Below are positions 25,269 through 32,036 of a stretch of 44,825 bases of DNA, one piece after another. Both the position numbers and the translations under genes were made by a program. Where the stretch lies: the sequence record NC_073087.1. One strand, written 5' to 3'. Every line of letters starts with the position of its first letter. Positions within the stretch are counted from its first letter, which is position 1. A model generated the notes under the pieces. That model was not told the DNA's origin. It made no database searches and worked only from the letters and a program-made list of their open reading frames with translations. The DNA is from Escherichia phage Gluttony_ev152.

Positions 25269-26033
25269 TTAGCGAGGAATGCCGCAAATCTCGTTGAGTG
25301 TTTTCACATCCAGCGCCACCGCCGTGGATTTTGGCTTGTCCGGGTAAGGGATGAATTGCTCAACTTCAGGCCATGCCTTGATCAGCTTCTTATCGGTATT
25401 GTGCATATCCAGCACGCCGGTAACAGTTAGTTTGAACGCGTCATACTTAGCTCGCAACTCGCGTCGGGCCTTGTCGTTACGGTCCAGGCGCTTGCAGAAA
25501 TCATGATCCGCCGGAAAATCAGCACGGCAGCGGGGCTTATAGATCGGCAGCGCTTTCCCATCCTCGTCCAATTCGCACACAGAAGCCAGCATAACTTCTT
25601 CGTACCCAGGCACAATATCGCCGAGATCGGGAGACAGCTTATTCATGTATTTATATTCCCAGTATCCGCGATGTACGCGGTATCGGAGACCGTCACCGCT
25701 CAAGGACAAGGTGCGAACATTTCCTCCTGCGTTGATTTCGAAAGTGGCGTCGTAAACTCGGTCGATACCTTTTGGGCGGTCGTGGTTATAGTAATACGTC
25801 GCCTTGTTGGTGTAGACGCTTACGCCGTACATCTGCGACTTGTCGTCGTGGATTAACTGTATATGCTCGCGTAGCGCGGCGAACGTGCGAATGCCTTTTG
25901 GCATACAGTCCATCGTAATTGCGTACGCCAGGTCGCGAGAGTCCATCATGATGGATTTGGCTTCGGTCGCGATTTCGTGGTCGCGCAGGATGTTAGCCAG
26001 AATCTGGTTTTTAATGTCTTTCGTCAGTCTCAT
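25269..26033 (-). CDS. hypothetical protein, reverse-oriented moron candidate
   Basis: 254-aa product from internal ATG with GAGGA RBS; own minus-strand promoter TTGCAA-N18-TATATT (26056-26085); lies between rightward spanin terminator and rightward scaffold gene. Confidence 0.55.
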   Translation of the reverse strand: MRLTKDIKNQILANILRDHEIATEAKSIMMDSRDLAYAITMDCMPKGIRTFAALREHIQLIHDDKSQMYGVSVYTNKATYYYNHDRPKGIDRVYDATFEINAGGNVRTLSLSGDGLRYRVHRGYWEYKYMNKLSPDLGDIVPGYEEVMLASVCELDEDGKALPIYKPRCRADFPADHDFCKRLDRNDKARRELRAKYDAFKLTVTGVLDMHNTDKKLIKAWPEVEQFIPYPDKPKSTAVALDVKTLNEICGIPR

Positions 26034-26055
26034 TTGTGTGTCCTCATGGTTGGTG

Positions 26056-26085
26056 TGCAACCAATATAGTGCAACCAATATGCGG
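26056..26085 (-). promoter_or_regulatory. promoter candidate for reverse-oriented ORF, TTGCAA-N18-TATATT
   Basis: Minus-strand hexamers with TTGGTTGCAC abutting -10 and repeated after it; drives ORF 25269..26033. Confidence 0.55.
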
Positions 26086-26182
26086 ATTGCAAGCGAATTT
26101 TGCGATTATTTTTATCACTGATAATATTAGAAGCGTGAAGTCGAGCGGGAGGCCTGCTCTGCCACAATCCCAGGGGGATAGC

Positions 26183-26887
26183 ATGAAACTTACTAAAGCA
26201 GAATATGACGCGTTGCCGGAAGGTATGAAGGCGCTTTTTGTTGCCGATGGTGACGGGTATAAATCAACGTTCATGACCGCAGAAGAAGTACAGGCGGAAA
26301 TCAAGGGTCTGAAAGACAACAACGCGAAGCTGGTGAGCGAGAAGAAAGCAGAAGCCGAACGCCGCGCCGAAGCTGAGCGCCTTGCGAAAGAGAAAGAGGA
26401 AGCCGCCGCGCGCAAAAACGGCGACCTCGAAGCGATCGATAAGTCCTGGAAGGATAAGTTTGCGAAACACGAAGCAGACACATCGGGAAAAATCGAAGCC
26501 TACCGCAAGCAGATCCACGATCTAACCATCGGCAGCGCTGCCAAAGACCTGGCATCGAAGCTATTCGGTAAGAATGCGGGCATCATGCAACGCCACGTAA
26601 TGGACCGCCTCACTCTGGAAGACGGCGAAGACGGCAGCTTGAAAGTGCGTGTCTTGCAGGATGGCAAACCGTCAGCGCTGACTATGGAAGAGCTTGAAAA
26701 AGAGTTCCGTAATAACGCCGATTTTGCATCCGTCCTGGCTGGCACGCCAGCCGGTGGCGCGCCTAGCAAACCGACGCAGGTTGTCGAAGATGTGAAGTCG
26801 AAAATCACTATGGGCCACAGCTTCGGTATCACTGACCTTACGAAACAGGCAGGTGAAATCATCGCTAAGATGGGCGACGACGAGTAA
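26183..26887 (+). CDS. head scaffolding protein
   Basis: Internal ATG with GGGGG RBS; KAEAERRAEAERLAKEKEEAAARK coiled-coil-rich sequence; directly upstream of major capsid gene; terminator follows. Confidence 0.65.
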   Translation: MKLTKAEYDALPEGMKALFVADGDGYKSTFMTAEEVQAEIKGLKDNNAKLVSEKKAEAERRAEAERLAKEKEEAAARKNGDLEAIDKSWKDKFAKHEADTSGKIEAYRKQIHDLTIGSAAKDLASKLFGKNAGIMQRHVMDRLTLEDGEDGSLKVRVLQDGKPSALTMEELEKEFRNNADFASVLAGTPAGGAPSKPTQVVEDVKSKITMGHSFGITDLTKQAGEIIAKMGDDE

Positions 26888-26891
26888 GCCG

Positions 26892-26917
26892 ATTGCCCGC
26901 GAAAGCGGGCAATTTTG
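26892..26917 (+). terminator. intrinsic terminator
   Basis: TTGCCCGCGAAAGCGGGCAA plus TTTT after scaffold gene. Confidence 0.6.
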
Positions 26918-26984
26918 CGAGCGCGTAAATCTAAGGTAACATTAACGTCACTGGGCGAATGCTCACAACTCAAAGGATTTCGAT

Positions 26985-28085
26985 ATGTCTTTAACAGTGT
27001 TCCAGCGTAAACTCGTTACCGCGGTTACGCAAATGATCCCCGACAACCTGAACGTTTTCAACGCCGCCGCCAATGGCGCTGTTGTTCTCGGTACTGGTGA
27101 AGTGCTGAAGGATGTTATTGAGAAAATGTCCGTAGGCTTGATCGCCAACCTCGTTACCGACCGTAACGCCTACGCCCCTGTCGGCACTCCGGCAACCGCG
27201 AAAGTTCTGGCGCGTATGCTGACCAACTCGGTTAACCTTTCCGCAAAAGTGGGTCCGGTAGCAATCACTAAGGCTATGATGGCTAAGATCGAAACCAACG
27301 TTAACAGCGTTGCGGCTGAGATTGCGGCACAGGCTACTCAAGCGATTATGCTGCATTACCTGAAGGCTGGTATTGGCGCAAGTAAAGCGGCGATCGAAAG
27401 CAACGCAGCGGCAAAATACACCCAACCGGCGCGCGTTGACGGCGTTGGCGGTCGTACCTTCCCGACCCTGGCAGACTTCCCGCTGGCGGCATCCAAGTTC
27501 GGCGATCAGGCGTCTTTGATTAAATCCTGGTTTATGGACGGCGTTACCTGGGCAAACTTCATTGCGTACCAGGCACTCCCTTCCGCTGAACAGGTATTCG
27601 CAATTGGCGATCTACAGGTAATGGGTGATGGCCTGGGCCGTCGATTCATTATCTCCGATGCCGCTGCCGATGCTATGGGCGCTGGTAACATGCTGGGTCT
27701 GGTTCCTGGCGCGGTTGCAGTTACCACCAACGGCCTCGATATGCTGGCGCAGGAGAAAGGCGGTAACGAGAACATCGAACGCTGGTGGCAGGGCGAGTTC
27801 GACTTCAACGTGGCCGTTAAAGGCTACCGTCTGAAGGCGTCCGCTCGTACCCCGATCGAAGGTGTGCGCTCGTTCAAGCTGGACGATATCACCACTTCCG
27901 CTAACTGGGAACTGGACCAGGGCCAGGTAGACAACGCACCGGCAACCGTGCAGGATGTTGGCGCTGTGGGGGATGGCGATACTAAAGGCCGTCGTAAGAC
28001 CCAGGCCGCACAGGCAGTGCCTACCCGCCACATCAAGGAAACGGCTGGCGTACTGGTTACGCTGACTGCGACTACCGCGTCTTAA
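26985..28085 (+). CDS. major capsid protein
   Basis: 366 aa after scaffold gene; followed by strong intrinsic terminator (high-expression gene pattern). Confidence 0.8.
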   Translation: MSLTVFQRKLVTAVTQMIPDNLNVFNAAANGAVVLGTGEVLKDVIEKMSVGLIANLVTDRNAYAPVGTPATAKVLARMLTNSVNLSAKVGPVAITKAMMAKIETNVNSVAAEIAAQATQAIMLHYLKAGIGASKAAIESNAAAKYTQPARVDGVGGRTFPTLADFPLAASKFGDQASLIKSWFMDGVTWANFIAYQALPSAEQVFAIGDLQVMGDGLGRRFIISDAAADAMGAGNMLGLVPGAVAVTTNGLDMLAQEKGGNENIERWWQGEFDFNVAVKGYRLKASARTPIEGVRSFKLDDITTSANWELDQGQVDNAPATVQDVGAVGDGDTKGRRKTQAAQAVPTRHIKETAGVLVTLTATTAS

Positions 28086-28101
28086 CGGGCGCAAATCCCA
28101 A

Positions 28102-28128
28102 AGGGGCGGGCTTATGCCCGCCTTTTTT
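28102..28128 (+). terminator. intrinsic terminator
   Basis: GGGGCGGGCTTATGCCCGCC plus TTTTTT after major capsid gene. Confidence 0.65.
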
Positions 28129-28143
28129 ATAGGAGTGAATACA

Positions 28144-28644
28144 ATGTATGGCGACCCGCAAACCTTTATTGATTATGCCGCTGCGCGAGGCGTTGAAGTC
28201 ACGCTGAGCGATGCAACGCGACACCTTACCGTCGCTAATGACTTCCTTAACGGCATCAACTGGATCGGAGAACCCGCAGACCAGACTGGCATCGACGCAT
28301 GGCCCCGCATCAATTACCCATCGGACGGTAAGCCGGTGCGCGACACGCTCACTGAAGTTGTGGCAGTAGTGCCTGCAGGGCAGATCGTAGATTTTGCATC
28401 AATCCCCATTGCCGTCGAGCAAGCCGTTTACAGGTTGGCGATGTTGGTGGCGGACGAGGTCGATATTTCTCCTGTTGGCAGTGGTAAGGAGACTATCCGC
28501 GAAACTGTTGGCCCGATCACGATGGAATATGACCCTGCGACGATTGGTAGCGGTGTCTCGTTCCCGTGGTGGGATGGCTTGCTGGGCCACTGGATTGACT
28601 CAGACGGCAACGCAGCGGGTAATTTTGATGTATTCCGGGGGTAA
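28144..28644 (+). CDS. putative head-tail connector/head completion protein
   Basis: ATG with AGGAG RBS (first ATG of track ORF sits inside terminator hairpin); gene order after capsid. Confidence 0.55.
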   Translation: MYGDPQTFIDYAAARGVEVTLSDATRHLTVANDFLNGINWIGEPADQTGIDAWPRINYPSDGKPVRDTLTEVVAVVPAGQIVDFASIPIAVEQAVYRLAMLVADEVDISPVGSGKETIRETVGPITMEYDPATIGSGVSFPWWDGLLGHWIDSDGNAAGNFDVFRG

Positions 28645-28645
28645 T

Positions 28646-28762
28646 ATGAATCCTGCATTACTGGCGGCTATTATCGCCGCAAATACTAAACGCCAACCAG
28701 AACCGGAACCAGCGCCAGAACCGGAACCACCGGTACAGGAGGATGATAATGGCGGGCTTTAA
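28646..28762 (+). CDS. small Pro/Glu-rich protein (38 aa)
   Basis: ATG 1 nt after upstream stop with GGGGG RBS; in-frame tail of track ORF 28394..28762; MNPALLAAIIAANTKRQPEPEPAPEPEPP. Confidence 0.3.
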   Translation: MNPALLAAIIAANTKRQPEPEPAPEPEPPVQEDDNGGL

Positions 28763-29102
28763 TTACGCGGGGTTAAAGCGGAAAGTCAATACGCTGATTA
28801 AAAAGTTCGGCATGATGGCTACGGTGACGCGTCCGGGGTCGGTTGACCGCGTAGACGGCGACGAAGTGATAATCCCGCCAACGTCGTTCGACGTCATCGG
28901 TCTTCGAGAGGAGTACAAGCCGAGCGAGATCGACGGGACGCGTATCGTTGCCGGTGATGTGAAGTTTTTGTGTCAGGCCGTCAAGCAGGTAAAGGTCGGG
29001 GATTTGGTTAGCCTGAACAATACAGACTACCGGGTTATCAATCCCAACCCCCTGCAACCGGCGGGCCAGACCATGCTGTTTCAACTACAGCTAAGGGGCT
29101 AA
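28749..29102 (+). CDS. putative head-tail joining protein
   Basis: ATG at 28749 has AGGAGG at optimal spacing (track start 28743 is too close to the RBS); gene order. Confidence 0.55.
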   Translation: MAGFNYAGLKRKVNTLIKKFGMMATVTRPGSVDRVDGDEVIIPPTSFDVIGLREEYKPSEIDGTRIVAGDVKFLCQAVKQVKVGDLVSLNNTDYRVINPNPLQPAGQTMLFQLQLRG

Positions 29103-29103
29103 C

Positions 29104-29697
29104 GTGGCTGAAGTCTACTCGTTCGCCGCCACTATTGCTACGTGGGTGGATAAGACGAAGGAGAACAACGACAAGGCGGTGCGGGCGTACGGTATGCAAA
29201 TACTCGGACGCCTGATCGAGATCTCCCCAGTGGGCGACCCCCGCCGGTGGAAAATTAACAGGGCTTACGCGCTCGCCCGCCAGCACGCAAACAAGGTGAA
29301 CGCCGCACAGCGTCGCAAGAATGGCGGCAAACTGAAGCGTGGACAGAAGAAGCACGCAAGTGTGCTGGTATCGTTCAAGACTAAAAACGGCAATGTAACA
29401 TTTCGCCAGCGTGGCTGGGCCGCGAAGAATTACACCGGCGGGCGCTTCCGGGGGAACTGGCAGGTGACATTTGATCGCCCGGCTGTCGGTGCTATTGACC
29501 GCGTTGACAAGGCCGGAACGGCAACATTAGCCGCGGGGCGTGAAGTGCTGGCGCATTACGATTCGAGTGAATACGGGTCGATCTGGTTTACTAACAACGT
29601 GCCATACGCGCAGCGACTTGAGTATGGCTGGAGTAAACAAGCGCCCGCGGGGATTGTTCGCGTCGTAGCGGCAGAAATTAATTCGAAGGTGAAATAA
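29104..29697 (+). CDS. putative tail/neck component (HK97 gp10-like position)
   Basis: GTG start with AAGGGG RBS; gene order between connector and tail terminator. Confidence 0.55.
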   Translation: MAEVYSFAATIATWVDKTKENNDKAVRAYGMQILGRLIEISPVGDPRRWKINRAYALARQHANKVNAAQRRKNGGKLKRGQKKHASVLVSFKTKNGNVTFRQRGWAAKNYTGGRFRGNWQVTFDRPAVGAIDRVDKAGTATLAAGREVLAHYDSSEYGSIWFTNNVPYAQRLEYGWSKQAPAGIVRVVAAEINSKVK

Positions 29698-30119
29698 TGA
29701 GCAATACCGCAATCCGCAAAGCGCTTAACAGCGTGGTAGAAGAGTTATCGGTAAGCCTGAGCACTAGCCAGCGCCCGATCCAGGTTAACTGGGAGAACGT
29801 GAGCGGCGACCACGCAAACGGCAGCGGTGTCTACCTGGAGCCGTACCTGCTACCGGCCCCGACCCAGTTTGTGGGCTTCCAGCAGAAGGGCCGGATCTAT
29901 GCTGGCGTATATCAAGTTGCCGTAGTGTTTCCCGCGGGCACTGGTACACAGTATGCGAGCGAACTGGCGGACGCCATCGCGACGTCGGATAAATGGCAGG
30001 CCGTAGGGATTTCCGGAGCGGCCTTCCAGCTTCAGGACTCGCCTTATACCAGTTCGGTGGTCGAGGACGTTGATCGCGCCCGCATCGTGGTTACAGTACC
30101 CTACACCTGTTGCGCCTGA
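29697..30119 (+). CDS. putative tail terminator/completion protein (gpU-like position)
   Basis: 140 aa, ATGA overlap with upstream gene, immediately precedes major tail protein gene. Confidence 0.55.
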   Translation: MSNTAIRKALNSVVEELSVSLSTSQRPIQVNWENVSGDHANGSGVYLEPYLLPAPTQFVGFQQKGRIYAGVYQVAVVFPAGTGTQYASELADAIATSDKWQAVGISGAAFQLQDSPYTSSVVEDVDRARIVVTVPYTCCA

Positions 30120-30179
30120 TTTGGCGCAATTCTGCGCGTGCTGTATCATTAAACCGTATATCTAAACAGGAGCTTTATT

Positions 30180-30905
30180 ATGGGTTATCAACTTCCCAAC
30201 GGGTCCAGCGTCCAGATCGGGTCCGTATTAGGCAGCGGCATCGCGGTTACGGCAGCTACCAACGCCGCCGCGTCGATCTCCGACCTTACGCAAGGTTGCG
30301 TAATTACCTGCGCGGCTTCGCATGGTCTGGTTGTTGGCGACGTTGTTATGTTCACTAAAACCCCGTGGGTCCGAGCGCTTAACCGCGCGTTCATCGTGGG
30401 TAAAGTGGATACTAACGACGTGACGCTGGCGCGCTTCGATACTCAAGACGTCACAAAATACCCTACCGGCGCTTTCGGCGTAGGCACGCCGGGCGAAGTG
30501 GTGAAGGTGTCGAGCTTTATCGACTTCCCGTTTATCACTAACGTTGCCGTGTCTGGTGGCGACCAGCAGACCACCACCTTCCAGCCGTTGCAGGTGAATA
30601 CCGCGATCAGTCTGAACACCACGAAAAACCCGTTGGTACAGACTTACACCTTCACCCACGACGAAGAAGACCCGATCCGCCCAATCCTGGAAGACCTGGA
30701 CGACACACAGAAAACCACTGTGATTAAGTTCACTAACCCAGCGGCAGCAAGCGGCAAAGGTGAGATTCGTATTTACCCAGCTAAGGTATCTTTCCAGAAG
30801 ATTCCGTCCGCTGAAGTAAACAACGTGGAAACGGTACAATCCACTCTGACCATGCAGTCTGATATGGTTATCTACCGTAAGGATCTGGTCGAGGCATTGT
30901 CTTGA
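30180..30905 (+). CDS. major tail (tube) protein
   Basis: 241 aa between tail terminator and G/GT chaperone; followed by strong terminator; gene order as lambda V. Confidence 0.7.
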   Translation: MGYQLPNGSSVQIGSVLGSGIAVTAATNAAASISDLTQGCVITCAASHGLVVGDVVMFTKTPWVRALNRAFIVGKVDTNDVTLARFDTQDVTKYPTGAFGVGTPGEVVKVSSFIDFPFITNVAVSGGDQQTTTFQPLQVNTAISLNTTKNPLVQTYTFTHDEEDPIRPILEDLDDTQKTTVIKFTNPAAASGKGEIRIYPAKVSFQKIPSAEVNNVETVQSTLTMQSDMVIYRKDLVEALS

Positions 30906-30933
30906 TTTGGTCGCTTAAATAGCGAGTGATAAT

Positions 30934-30959
30934 ATGGGGCCAGCACGGCCCCTTTTTTA
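30934..30959 (+). terminator. intrinsic terminator
   Basis: GGGGCCAGCACGGCCCC plus TTTTTT after major tail gene. Confidence 0.65.
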
Positions 30960-30974
30960 TTGGAGAATACTACA

Positions 30975-31337
30975 ATGGCTAAAGCACCACTCTTCACACT
31001 TGACCCTAAGCCAACCTTTAAGCTGCCGATTGAGATCCCGCGCCCTGGTGAGAACGAACCAGGCAAGATGACTTTCACCGTCCGCCACCGCCCTATCGAC
31101 GAATTTTCGCAGACCATGCAGGACACCGAACGCAAGTTGTCGGAATATGACGACAATGACCCGGACGGCTTTAACGTTATGGTCGAGGCCATCATGCACG
31201 TCGCAGAAGGCTGGAATCTGCCGGACGAATTTAACGCGGAGAACGTCCGCCGCCTGGTGGTCAACTATCCACGCGCGTTCGGTGTGTTCCACACGTCGTA
31301 CTATCTCGAACTGATGGGGTTGCGTGAAAAAAACTAA
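30975..31337 (+). CDS. tail assembly chaperone G
   Basis: ATG at 30975 with GGAG RBS (track ORF begins at a TTG at 30960); acidic protein between major tail and tape measure; slippery heptamer at 3' end. Confidence 0.65.
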   Translation: MAKAPLFTLDPKPTFKLPIEIPRPGENEPGKMTFTVRHRPIDEFSQTMQDTERKLSEYDDNDPDGFNVMVEAIMHVAEGWNLPDEFNAENVRRLVVNYPRAFGVFHTSYYLELMGLREKN

Positions 31338-31651
31338 TTGAGGCGGCGCGACGCTTTTATGGGCCGCCGCCACCCTCCGAAGATTTAGCCGCAAGTTTAT
31401 GGGGTGCGACCCCCGAAGATGTTTGTCCGCCTGTTGCGCTGTGGCCTGACAACGCGAAGATAGTCGCAGTCTTCACAGATTGCGCTACACAATGGCGCAC
31501 CGGATTTGGTGGCGCATACGGCATCGACTACGGCGTGCTGGAGTGGTTATTTAAGATGCACGGTATCGAAAACGAGCAGCGCGCGTTTAAAGATATCAAG
31601 CTAATGGAACGAATCGCGCTTGATGAGATGGCGCAGCAGAACCCCGCATAA
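30975..31651 (+). CDS. tail assembly chaperone GT, predicted -1 programmed frameshift product
   Basis: Heptamer A_AAA_AAC at 31328-31334 just before the G stop; the -1 frame is open for 105 codons from 31334 (LIEAARRFYGPPPP...) to TAA at 31649-31651 with no ATG start; matches lambda G/GT paradigm. Confidence 0.5.
31328..31334 (+). other. -1 ribosomal frameshift slippery heptamer A_AAA_AAC
   Basis: Located 1 codon before G stop; downstream -1 frame open without start codon. Confidence 0.5.
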
Positions 31652-31655
31652 TGAA

Positions 31656-31973
31656 GCGGGACAAAACGGGACGTCCCGTTTTGTCCCACCCCTGTGAAAC
31701 TGCATACCTACTCACTTCCATTGCATAATCTAAAAGCGGGACAAGCGGGACGTCCCGTTTTGTCCCACCCCACAAAAGTGCATACGTATTCGGTTTTCGT
31801 GCATAAAACAAACGGGACAAAAAGCGGGACAAACACTAGGCGGGACAAAGCGGGACAGCACCCCGTCCCCGCCAGTGCTGCCGCGGTTTTCAGCCGATCG
31901 GGACAGCGGGACAGCACCCCAGTCTTTCAGACTAGACGGGGGTCAACGGCCCCCCTCGTCTGAGACTGAATAA
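31656..31973 (+). repeat. noncoding cassette B: GGGACA repeat array with two 30-bp palindromes plus conserved 53-nt element
   Basis: Perfect palindrome GGGACAAAACGGGACGTCCCGTTTTGTCCC (31658-31687), near-copy at 31738-31766, about 10 direct GCGGGACA copies, then the same 53-nt element as cassette A with one substitution (31921-31973). Confidence 0.7.
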
Positions 31974-32036
31974 GGTTTGTTTTGAAATCGCTGATACAAT
32001 ATCCATCGGCAACTGCATAAAAAAGGGGACTGCATA

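Noticed and set aside
30960-30974. Track start (TTG at 30960) for the G chaperone gene
   Set aside because: ATG at 30975 is preceded by GGAG at proper spacing, whereas the TTG lies within the upstream terminator T-run.
31658-31687. Simple rho-independent terminator interpretation of the 30-bp palindromes
   Set aside because: No U/T-run follows the palindrome on either strand; the perfect two-fold symmetry with a 4-nt centre is more typical of a dimer-binding site or cruciform. Not fully excluded.
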